A DNA stretch of 63,731 nucleotides, the filler included, from Circinaria calcarea (Eukaryota): assembly GCA_051942165.1 (NCBI GenBank). It is 19 parts of 19 records of this genome, joined end to end, with 100 filler letters (N's around TTAATTAATTAA, not from the genome) between each part and the next. Parts side by side here need not be neighbours in the genome. Positions count along the whole stretch, not along the records: positions 1 to 3,272 come from JAVECS010002923.1; positions 3,373 to 6,643 come from JAVECS010002924.1; positions 6,744 to 10,013 come from JAVECS010002925.1; 16 more parts are not named here. The stretch is one strand, 5' to 3'. The translations under genes and the position numbers were made by a program. The notes under the pieces were generated by a model, which was given only the letters and a program-made list of their open reading frames with translations, searched no databases and had not been told where the DNA came from. Of this stretch, positions 1-10,113 are shown in pieces; position 1 is the first letter of the stretch; every line of letters begins with the position of its first letter.

Positions 1-82
1 ATATTATTAATTAATTGCTCGACGGTATTATAATATTAATATTATAATATATATTAAATTTAATACGGGTGTTATAGTTATA

Positions 83-530
83 TATTATGGCGCGATGTTA
101 TATTCTGGTAGGCGGAGTGCCGGAACGGATGAACCCGGGAGCCGAGCGCTCCCAGGTGCTTCTATATAATGGCGCAACCCATAAGGCTAGGCACTAGAGG
201 TACTAGCGCGGTATGAGTGGGATGATTTGTGAGCGTATTAATGGTACTGGACGTACTGGACGTACTAGACGTGCCGGACGTGGCTACGTCCCTTACGTCC
301 ACCCCTTTCCGGACGTCTCGTGTAACCATGAGGGATCTATTTAGTCTCAGTCCTTTCCGTAGTATTAGGATCCTCGTGGTCAAGACCTTACAGTACTTTA
401 TATTGGAGAATTGTATTGTCACTTCTTACTTGCTAGTGATTGGTATAGAACCCGTGCGCATATCTACAGAACCCCTGCCTTATACCAGTGACTAGCATTG
501 CCTTTGCCTCAGATGCTTAGGGACGTAACA
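83..530 (+). mobile_element. Probable RIP-degenerated solo LTR
   Basis: Ends in CGTAACA at 530. Starts TATTATGG, which could be a RIP-altered TGTTAYGG. Has an internal TATATAA at ~163. The 5' part aligns, mostly by transitions, with an inverted relic at ~635-706. AT/TpA-rich flanks. No clean TSD. Confidence 0.45.
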
Positions 531-634
531 CCAATATAGTTATAGCCTCCTTATCTACCAATGAGATTAATAAATTAACCAAAATTGTTAGTGGCTTTAG
601 CCTAAGGTTAACAGCTAATACCCTAGCGACCAAA

Positions 635-706
635 GTAGAGGCACCCGGCCTCTAGTTCCTCCGCTCCGGCTCCTGCTCAGGTCAGGTATGGCGTGGCGCT
701 ATAGCA
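635..706 (-). mobile_element. Partial LTR-like relic related to 83-160, opposite orientation
   Basis: Reverse complement TGCTATAGCGCCACGCCATA...GCCGGAGCGGAGGAAC aligns with TATTATGGCGCGATGTTATA...GCCGGAACGGATGAAC at 83-133. Confidence 0.4.
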
Positions 707-907
707 ATCACCCCAGCAACCAACTTAATTGATACTGTCGATTTTTGATTATTATTTCCCAATATTCTTTACAAAACTCATACTTACTACGCTAAACCAA
801 CAAGCTGGTAGCAATAACATTTGCTCTCTTCGATTTCATACACCAAGATAGTTATTTCCGCCTCAACTCGTGGTTACTCACAACATTATTTGCTGCACAC
901 TCTCGAG

Positions 908-1551
908 ATGTCCACGGACAATCTATTTAAACCGATGTAAGTGAACTGTCTAGCATGGATAGCGCATTCCCTGATTATTTTAGGTGGCTTGCTAGCCACC
1001 CTGTGTGCCTTCGAGTTGGTACATCGAGCTTTACAGTACATCAAGCGTTATTACTCGAGAAAGCCGGCTCGTACTTCGAAGCAGCGTTGACGAAACCACA
1101 TTTCATCGAAGCAGCGACGCAAACTATAGAGCTCTCGCCAGACAATCCGGAGGCATTTCAACACGTTTTAAATTGGATTTATTTCGACACGCTTGCACTC
1201 CCCAAACAGAACTTAGGAGATATTCAGCTCCAGACATTGGCGGAAATATGGGTGTGGGCAGACTACCTTCTTATGAAGGAGCTACAGGATAGCGTAGTGC
1301 TTCTCGTCCAAGACTATCTGCTTTGCGCACGCTCTATGGATGATTCCATATCTTTAGAGGAAATGAGCAAGGGTTGGAAAATTGTTAAGTACAACGATCA
1401 GTTCTTACAGGTTTTTCTAGCCTACCTGAACACACTGCCAGCGGACGAAATACTGGCCGTTCTTCAAAACATGGATTCAGAAAACCAAATGCTAAAAACC
1501 CATTTCGCTGTGCGATGGTTCGAACGCACCAAATACTACATGTTCAAATAA
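908..1551 (+). CDS. BTB/POZ domain protein
   Basis: ATG 908, intron 937-983 (GTAAGT...TTTAG), then VCLRVGTSSFTVHQALL..SYFEAAL..FIEA...IELSPDNPEAFQHVLNWIY and IWVWADYLLMKELQD, the typical fungal BTB signature. Confidence 0.85.
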
Positions 1552-1853
1552 TATGGCCAGCGGAGTTATTCGTTTTGGTTGGAAGTAAGTCCTTATTTTC
1601 TTTTTAGCACTACATAACTAATACTGTAAATTATAAGGGCCGTTGAAAGCAGAGGGACAATTCAAAAAAACTAAATTCAGAGAATACGTTTTTAGAAGAA
1701 TAAATCCATTTGATTCTCACAACTTACAATCGAGCTATGTTGTAAGATTATCAGAATATGCTAGATTTGTTTAAGGAATAAAATCACTCCCGGTGTACAT
1801 GATTACTAAAAACGTAGTATTGGTCTATTGTTATTCCATTGTAGTTTATAAAT

Positions 1854-2480
1854 ACAGCGAATATCAGCCACGCACCCCAAAGATGTCATTCCGAGCTCCC
1901 ACGCACCCTATCGTATCAGCCACGCACCCCCTAACCCCTTATTGCTTTCACGCACCCCCCCTCCTATCACCGACGCACCCATTCGATTATTCCTGCCGCC
2001 GGAATCTCTGGAGTCTCCGGAGTCGCTTAGGCGGGCGAGGAGGCAGTCGGGTAGGCAGGAACAGAGGAGTTAATGGCATTAACTCGACCAAAGCGCAAAG
2101 CGGCGGAGGAAGCAGAGGCAGCGTGGGCGTCATTGAAGCCGTCAGGTAAACGTCGTAAGGTTGTATCTATGCAGAGTTAGTAGAACTGCCAGCGAAGAAG
2201 CAAGAAAAGAAGGAATCTTAGCTATAGTAATTAATTAGAAATAAAGCACGAATTCCAGCACTTTCATAGCTCTATATTAATTTTAATATGTAAGGTTGAA
2301 TCTCATGCGAATAGTGCGGTTAGGGTTTATTGGCGCCGGATTATCTCTTTTCCGATTAATTTAAATATATTGCCGAGGGTGCGTGGGCGAAAGAAAAAAG
2401 GGGGGGGTGCGTGGCTGGTACGGTAGGGTGCGTGGGAGAAGTGAGTGGCAAAGTAGGGGTGCGTGGCAGATATTCGCCGT
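1854..2480. mobile_element. Non-autonomous TIR DNA transposon (MITE-like, possibly Tc1/mariner-pogo derived)
   Basis: ~80-bp imperfect terminal inverted repeats (ACAGCGAATATCAGCCACGCACCCC versus reverse complement ACGGCGAATATCTGCCACGCACCCC), each carrying several CACGCACCC sub-repeats. AT-rich flanks; a TA TSD is only imperfect. Confidence 0.75.
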
Positions 2481-2509
2481 TAAATTTATTTATTAATCAA
2501 TGCACTTTT

Positions 2510-2973
2510 ACTATCGAAAGCGCGTGCGCGCGCGAAGCGTTCAGGCGGGGAATATCACCAGAATTGAGTTCAAATCCCATTAGCGCTTGCCTTTTGGTGG
2601 CCTGGTGGTTTTCTTGTCCTGTTTTCTAGTACCGTGCTTTGGTCGGTCGCCAAATTTTGATTGAACGTAGGTAATCTTCGCTATATAATAACCGTAACCG
2701 TGAGCAAGAGCGAGAGCGAGAAAGAGGATGGGAATAGGAAGCGCAAACTGGGGCAAAGTGCACGCATAAATAATCCGCACCCCTCCCTTTGATCTGAGCT
2801 CATCGGTTTAGGCAAGGGAGGCCGTGTGACGGCTTTTAAAACAATAGTTTAGACGACATAAAATAGGAGGGAGACCATCAGACCATCTAAAGTAGCGCTA
2901 TTGAGATTTGGACCCAATTCTGGTGATATTCCCTCCGTATCTTTGATTGTGCGTCCACACGCTTCCAGATAGT
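2510..2973. mobile_element. Second inverted-repeat (MITE-like) element
   Basis: 2547-2587 GGGGAATATCACCAGAATTGAGTTCAAATCCCATTAGCGCT matches the reverse complement of 2894-2934 at 36/41 positions. Weaker similarity extends outward to ACTATC...GATAGT. Confidence 0.6.
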
Positions 2974-3272
2974 TATCATTTCAGTATAGCAATTAAAGTT
3001 TGACGCTGGATCGCCTAGAGCTCTAGATATGGCAACTTCGCTAGTGGTGCTGTCGTCACCATTTGCTATGACAGATTCACAAAGATTCCATCATCTTAGA
3101 CTCTCCATCGGCTTTACCTCCTCCCTTAAGGATTTCGCACCTTTTCAAGCTGAGTCGTAAGCGCCTCCAGCCTCTTCATCACGTCATGGTGACAAACCTC
3201 CACGGCCAAGGGCGACACTGGGACCGTGCTACCTCGCTTTGCCAGCGCGGTGATGCTCTTGAAAATCTCATT

Positions 3273-3372
3273 NNNNNNNNNNNNNNNNNNNNNNNNNNNN
3301 NNNNNNNNNNNNNNNNTTAATTAATTAANNNNNNNNNNNNNNNNNNNNNNNNNNNNNNNNNNNNNNNNNNNN
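3273..3372. other. Artificial contig-joining linker N44-TTAATTAATTAA-N44 (first of 18)
   Basis: The identical 100-nt spacer, which gives stops in all six frames, also starts at 6644, 10014, 13383, 16751, 20117, 23481, 26843, 30205, 33565, 36924, 40283, 43639, 46993, 50344, 53692, 57040 and 60386. Block lengths fall monotonically from 3272 to 3246 bp. Confidence 0.99.
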
Positions 3373-4091
3373 TGATTACCATGTTTGACAAGCCAACGAG
3401 ATCGACCTGTAATGAAGGCGCTCCAGAGCCGGCCATTGAGGTAATGGCTCCAGAGGACATTTTCGCGTTCTGAGTACTCTTGCTATAGGGACTACCGAAA
3501 CATAGCTTCACCAAGAATTGTCATAGATATGCAAACAGTTCTCGAGTTTACCATGAACCCAGTTGACCGTTCAGGACCAACAGGAGGTAGCAAGATATGG
3601 TTCTCACCACAGTTGACACCCAGGATACATAGTTAGCAGCTATCATGGTAAGATAAGAGGCGAGGGCCAGATGGAAGGAAGTAGTGGAGGAATCAGGCTG
3701 TCTCCAACCTCACTCTCCGTGCGACTCGGACGATCTGCAGCGTAATGCCCAAGATCAAGAACCTTGCCGACTACTCCGTACATTATACGGTCTCCTCCAA
3801 TAAAATACGATGCCAGTCCAACCGCCAATAGGGACATTGCCTGTACCTCCTTCATGCAGTGGGCTCTGCGCGGATGGCGAGGGTTGGGTGTGGTTGCGGA
3901 AGTTTGGTGTGGTGGTGGTGATGGGAGAAGGGGGGGCTGCGCCACAATCGCTCCGTTCCTCCTTGCGAGGTCTTTGTAAATGCCGAGGATTCCTCCTCCT
4001 GAATCACCGACACTGGAACTGATGAATTGATGCATTACCCAACCAGACCTACGACTTCCAGACAATCATAAACGCAGAGCCTCTTGGGCGC

Positions 4092-5769
4092 ATGTCGAGT
4101 CTGAATCTCTCGGAAAAGATGAAGTTACTTCACGAATCATCATTAGGTAGGGCGAACGGCTCCGATACGGTCTGGCAACGGAGAGGGAATCAAGATTTAC
4201 GATGTATGTCGATTCCTAGAAGAGCGCACATTACATAGGTTTTTGCGCTGATGGTATAGTTCAGATTCTCAGCAGGATACTTTGTTACCAGCATCGAGGA
4301 CCTCTTCGCAGCCAAACATCCGCAGCCTTGCTGAGAGCTCAATGATATCATTGGCCGCCACCTTAACTTCCGAACTTCCCAGAAGTCCGACTTCTCCACT
4401 CCGAAATGCCTTTGCTCCACGTTCGAGGGTTGATTCGTGGTCGATTGAGACAGACGACGCTCCACCGACAGTACATGCGCTGAAATATAGTGGGGCGGGC
4501 CGCTTCTGGAAACCACCCGATGAGTCGAATTCAAGAGGTGGACCTTTGCGAGCATGGAGGAAGTGGTCCGGCAGGAGAGATATAAACGAGAGAGCAGATC
4601 CGCGGTACGCTTCTTTTCCAACACAGGCTATTGCCAAGGAGAGGGAATCAGCAGAACGGAAATCTCCCGCTCAACAACAGTTTCCTTATAGTCAGCCCAT
4701 TGATAAGGACCGGAGGGCCTCGTCGTCTACACCAGGCGAACACACTACCCGCCTGAGTTTTCCAACGTCCCCTTCAGACAGCCAAATCAACAGTGAACCA
4801 GGAGACAAGGAGTCAGTCGATTCTCTGCAGCAGAGAATCGACTCTTTAGCCAAGACAATTGCAGCCAACGAACGGAGGGTAAGGACAGAACAATATCTGA
4901 GGAAGTTGCAAAGTGATGAAGATGAAAGGATCGCCCAATTGGAGACAGACGAGTTGCCGGGTGGAGTCGACCTATCGTCGGATCTGTCAAGAAACACCAG
5001 TGATGCGAGTCATCGATCTCAGGTTAATGAACCGAAAACACCAGAGACATCAGCTCGCAGCTTGCTCGGAGGAGATTTCATGTTTAAAGTAGGAGAAAAA
5101 CTCCAATCGCTGGACACGAGAACATCGAGTCATTGGGATGAGCCACGTAAGAAGCCAGATTCCATCAAGACAGAGGTCAAGGAGCCGGAACCATCGATTC
5201 CAGAACTTCCATCCAATCCAGTCATCCTACTACCTGAGATCGATTCCAACTCGGATGCAAACCCTACGATGGAGGACGATAGCATCTTCTCAGACCTTGA
5301 CAGATTTGTTGGCGTGCTCCGCAGCAAAGCCCAAACCTCACAAGCCTCGTGCCAAAGATCGCGCCCTCCGTCCTACACCAGCCAACGTGATTCCGGCTAC
5401 AATACATGGCCTCCTCCACAGAATAAACCATATCCCAGCGCTATCGAATTAAGTGCCCCAAGTCCTGCAGCGAGCCCTCCTACCAATGTTTTCGAACTTA
5501 GCACCTCCAATTCTGTCATCCATCGCCCTTCGGTACGACGGCAAGCTTTGGCTCGTCCTAACAGAAGGAGCCGACACCACAGCGATCTAACCCTTTATAA
5601 CACTTTACCGCATGAACCATTTCCAGTGTGTGAACCGGAAGTCATGGTCGAACTCCCTACGGAGGGGGGGAAACTCAGACGAAAAGAGGTGTCGTCTAAA
5701 GGGCCTCGTATCGATATTGAACCGGAGATAGATCCTAGAACGGGGAAGCCCTGGGTTCCAAAAGGATGA
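4092..5769 (+). CDS. Hypothetical S/P/E-rich, largely disordered protein with a short coiled coil
   Basis: 495-codon ORF (4282-5769). A plausible upstream exon from ATG 4092 joins in frame via an intron GTATGT...TTCAG ending at 4264. Start is uncertain. Confidence 0.65.
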
Positions 5770-6589
5770 AATATGAAGAGATGAAATGGAAGTTGGATGA
5801 TGAGAGACGGCGAGCATGGAAATGGAGGGATAAATTTACCATTAGCAAATCTTACAATGTACAATTTTCCCTTAATTCATGTAATGAGATATGAAGATTA
5901 CGCCAAAGAAGATTTATTAGCAGATAGTATCGCAGAATACAATCATGTTAATATCACCGCTACTTCGAAAAAACCGGGCAGTCTAAGCCCGTACACCACC
6001 AATGCCAACCCCTGCTGGGGAATATCAAGAGAAAAAGCGATGCGACGATAGCCACAATCCAATGGATTGAAATCTACTAGTACAGTATCATGAAAACTAC
6101 ATGGAGCAACAAAACCTTACATCTGGTATCTAGACAACAAAAGGCATCCCAGCCCTTCCTGCCATCTTCCGCTCATGATCACGAGCGCTTCCCGCTAGCA
6201 AGTAGTTATTCGAGCACTTTCCTCCACGACGAACATACCCCCCCTCACGCCCTCACATCCTCACCTCTACTTACGCAGCAAAGGGGAATAGAACAGAAGG
6301 GGTTGGATATAGGATTTTTCTGATTTTATAGTCGTTCTAGTTCTAGTTTTACTGAGGGGTGGGGGAGGGGTGTTAATTCCGACGTCAACGTCAACGTCTT
6401 CACTTGACGACCCGTGTCTGTTAATTATGGCTTCAAACTACCCGGCGCTAGAGATAGACTCCCCCCCCATCCTCTCTTTAAATCCCATCCCATAACTTAC
6501 TCTCTGAAATTTTCCCCAACCCCAACCCCGTCGACATCGGGCATCGGGCATCGGGCGTCGGGCATCGATATCCGTTTTTGAAGGAATAT

Positions 6590-6640
6590 CTGGGTCTGGG
6601 TTGGGGTTGGGGTTGGGGTTGGAATTGGGTGGGTAAGGAA
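6590..6640 (+). repeat. (GGGGTT)n simple repeat at contig end
   Basis: GGGTTGGGGTTGGGGTTGGGGTT, with a complementary CCCCAACCCCAACCCC tract at ~6514-6529. Confidence 0.7.
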
Positions 6641-6743
6641 GAGNNNNNNNNNNNNNNNNNNNNNNNNNNNNNNNNNNNNNNNNNNNNTTAATTAATTAAN
6701 NNNNNNNNNNNNNNNNNNNNNNNNNNNNNNNNNNNNNNNNNNN

Positions 6744-8145
6744 GGCGTTCTCAGATTCATACTCTTCACCACACTAATCAACCCCTGGGCAATCGCATCA
6801 CACCTGACGATACCCCCGAAGATGTTCACAAAGATGGCGGTGACCTTGGGATCAGAGGTGATGAGGTCAAAGGCTTGTTTGATGGCCTGTGGTGTAGCGC
6901 CTCCTCCGACATCGAGAAAGTTGGCTGGCTGGCCGCCATTGAGCTTGATGATGTCCATTGTTGCCATTGCAAGGCCGGCGCCATTTACGAGGCAGCCAAT
7001 GTCACCATCTAGTTTAATGAAGTTGAGACCGTGCCTATGGGGATATTAGTGTTGGGAAACGGTCTTGGTCAGCGCGAGACGCGTACTCAGCTGCCTTGAC
7101 CTCATCTACGTCCTCTTGGGTCTTGTCTCTCCATGAGAATATCTCTTTTTGCCTAAATTCCGCATTGTCATCGAAAGTCAGCTTCGCATCCATGGCAAGG
7201 ACTTGATGATCCGACGTCTCAGACAACGGGTTGATTTCGATTTGCGTAGCATCCTTTTCCATAAAAACATTGTATAGCTTTTGAATCGTATCTTTCGCAT
7301 CCTCAATGCACTGCTCCGAGAACCCCAACTCCGAAGCAATATTACGTGCAATATCACCTGTGACACCTTTGTGGATGTTAATGTGGGTTGTGACAATTGC
7401 GTCTGGCGATTCCTTTGCGACGGTTTCAATGTCCATGCCTCCTTGTGACGAAGCAATGATAACGGGGCCTTGCGATTGACGATCCATGAGGATTGCTAGA
7501 TAGAACTCTCGGCGGGCAAATTTGCGTTCACAGATATAAACAGCATTGCACAGTCGGCCTGCTGCTCCGGTTTGCTTGGTCATGAGCTTGTGACCGATCA
7601 TTTGGTCGGCGAACATCTTGGCTTCTGTGGGTCTGAGGAGGTATAATTAGTCTCTCGTACTAAATATTTGGAAATGGAAGCCATACGAATAGATTACTCG
7701 CACTCCACCTTTCAGTCCATTGTCAAAGGTCCCTTTTCCTCGGCCACCCGCCAGGACTTGTGCTTTGATCACCATATCGTCCCCACCTGCCGCTCATCAG
7801 CTAGTCGTCTGCCTCTATGCGTATCTCCTATTGCATACCAATTTTCTTGGCTACAGCCTCCGCTTCAGCGGCTGACCGTGCAACCTCGCCTTTTGGTACA
7901 CCGATGCCATACTATTCACGTAAGCTCGAGTATATGTGGTGTACTGTATAACACACGCTCTTCAGTAGGCCCGCCGATAGGTATTCGTGAATAGAAAGGG
8001 CGCGCTTCTGCTGGACCAGGGAGCTTCTCGTAGGGGGATCCTATCCATTTGGATTAGCTTCACCCAAGTTGGATTGGCTAAGAATATATACAAGGACCGC
8101 GCGCAAAGCAGCTGCCAAGGGCCTGCCACGAGCTAGTTTGAACAT
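6744..8145 (-). CDS. LSC2: Succinyl-CoA ligase beta subunit, mitochondrial (3'-truncated, multi-intron)
   Basis: Presequence [16 protein letters not shown]; motifs [65 protein letters not shown]. Confidence 0.97.
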
Positions 8146-8477
8146 ATTGACGGGGGCAAATGACAAAGGATTTCCCAGGAGGAGAGCTCATCAACCGTTG
8201 TAGCTCCTCACAGGGTCCCCGAGTAGAGTACCAACTTCGGATTGCGGCGGTAAGTCCGCTCCGCTCCGCTACCATACCATTTCCTCGGTTAATCAATCAC
8301 CCGCGCTCAATCAAGCTAACCCTTGGCCTTCCTACCTCCTACCGATGTCGGCCACCACCGCAGATACTCAGTGAGCATAAGTATCATTGTTGAACTGTGT
8401 CTCGCGATCAAGGACCCAAGTATCTTTACTGTGCCGTCTTACTGATCAAGGTATTGTAACCCCACTGGCGAACAAGA

Positions 8478-8738
8478 ATGCCTGGGCTTTACTCTCATAC
8501 TTACGCAGCATCTCACACCCGTCGCCTTGAGGCGACTCAAGCAACACTTTCCTATATCGAGGGTAACTCCCAGAGCCGCATACAGCGTGAATCTGTCACA
8601 GCGAACGTCTTACCGTCCGTCGTTGCTGGCTTATGTACTTGGGGCAACGACGACCACTATGCACGTCATAGCCCCAGCTGCCCCTTTTTGCCAGTAACTA
8701 GTATCGCTCCTGCATTTGGACTAGAGAGACTTGATTAG
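8478..8738 (+). pseudogene. Possible degenerate BIR-domain fragment
   Basis: LCTWGNDDHYARHSPSCPFL resembles the BIR C-terminal W..DD...H.RHSP.CPF motif, but the upstream CxxC is absent (RIQRESV). Confidence 0.35.
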
Positions 8739-8785
8739 TCTCAACCTACTTAGCAGGAAGCACAGCCTCAGGCACCGTTGCTATC

Positions 8786-9631
8786 ATGTCTAAATCAGAA
8801 CAAGCAACTTACTCCCACGGCCACCACGCCAGCGTCATTTCAACCCACGCCCGCCGCACAGCCGCAAACTCAGCTCAATTTCTCCTCCCACACATCCAAC
8901 CACATTTCAAAATCCTCGATCTCGGCTGCGGACCAGGCACAATCACCGCGGACCTCGCAGCCCTCGTCCCTCAAGGCAGTGTCACAGGCATGGATGCTGT
9001 CGAGACGATCCTCGAACAAGCACGATCATTAGCCAGCAGTCGCGGGTTGACAAATCTGACCTATCAGACTGGTGACGCGAACAACCTGGCTTTTGGTGAT
9101 CGGGAGTTCGATGTCGTTTTCTGTCATCAGCTCGTGCAGCATGTTCAGGATCCAGTGGGAGTACTCAGAGAAATGAAGAGGGTGTGTAAGCAAGGCGGTA
9201 TCGTGGCAGCCCGCGAAGGAGACTACGCGTCCTTCGTCTGGCATCCTCGACCGCCTGAGCTGGACCGTTGGGGACAACTATATCAACAAGTGGCAAGGGC
9301 AAACGGTGGCGAGCCGAATGCTGGTCGCTTCATGCCGCAGTGGACACGTCAGGCGGGATGGAAGAGCGAGGATGTTACGGTGAGCTGGAACAGCTGGTGT
9401 TTCACGGGCGAAGGGGCGAGGACGTGGGCTGAGAGTTGGGAGGGGAGGTCACTGCATAGTGACTTTGCAAACGGGGCGGTGCAGAAGGGCTTTGCGACGC
9501 AGGAAGAGTTGGAAGAGATCAGTAAGGCATGGAAACGGTGGAGTTTGGGAAGCGTGGGTGAGGGTGGGTATGAGGGGTGTGAAGATAGGATATTTATCAT
9601 TGGAAATGGTGAGGTGATTTGTAGATGTTAA
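8786..9631 (+). CDS. Class I SAM-dependent methyltransferase (UbiE/COQ5-like fungal family)
   Basis: YSHGHHASVISTHARRTAANSAQFLLPH, motif I ILDLGCGPGTIT, FDVVFCHQ, REMKRVCKQGGIVAARE. Intronless and complete. Confidence 0.93.
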   Translation: MSKSEQATYSHGHHASVISTHARRTAANSAQFLLPHIQPHFKILDLGCGPGTITADLAALVPQGSVTGMDAVETILEQARSLASSRGLTNLTYQTGDANNLAFGDREFDVVFCHQLVQHVQDPVGVLREMKRVCKQGGIVAAREGDYASFVWHPRPPELDRWGQLYQQVARANGGEPNAGRFMPQWTRQAGWKSEDVTVSWNSWCFTGEGARTWAESWEGRSLHSDFANGAVQKGFATQEELEEISKAWKRWSLGSVGEGGYEGCEDRIFIIGNGEVICRC

Positions 9632-10113
9632 ATCAGGCTGCTGTTGATAATAATCATATATTTTTTTAAAAATAAAAAGTAAATTTTAAGAGATAAACTT
9701 TAAAATTGTTCAAATCCCGTCGTTTGGTTTAGTCGTACTTGCTTAATTTTAACGGATTTTATTGGCTGTACTGTACTCGCTTTCACCTGCCAAATCCCGG
9801 GGGTCGGGTTTCACCCCCAGACCGGGGGTTTTTTCCATTCTCTCTACATACCTCGGCATCATCAACCTCACAAAAAAAAAACCGCCCATCACATCACAAC
9901 CAATTTACAAGAAAATCTCACCATAACTCCAAACACCCGTATTTCCAAACCCAAGAATTAACTTTTCTCTTCCCCCCCCCCTTTTGTTCCTTCCTTCCTC
10001 CTTCCTTTCCTTCNNNNNNNNNNNNNNNNNNNNNNNNNNNNNNNNNNNNNNNNNNNNTTAATTAATTAANNNNNNNNNNNNNNNNNNNNNNNNNNNNNNN
10101 NNNNNNNNNNNNN

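Noticed and set aside
229..495. Short ORFs with VLD repeats
   Set aside because: They arise from a 9-bp microrepeat (GACGTACTG) inside the LTR-like relic and have no coding support.
3317..3328. TTAATTAATTAA recurring about every 3.36 kb as a biological repeat or CRISPR-like array
   Set aside because: It is always embedded in exactly 44 N on each side and is a six-frame stop linker added during concatenation.
6590..6643. Telomere at the end of contig 2
   Set aside because: Only 3-4 GGGGTT units, not the usual fungal TTAGGG, and followed by non-repeat sequence.
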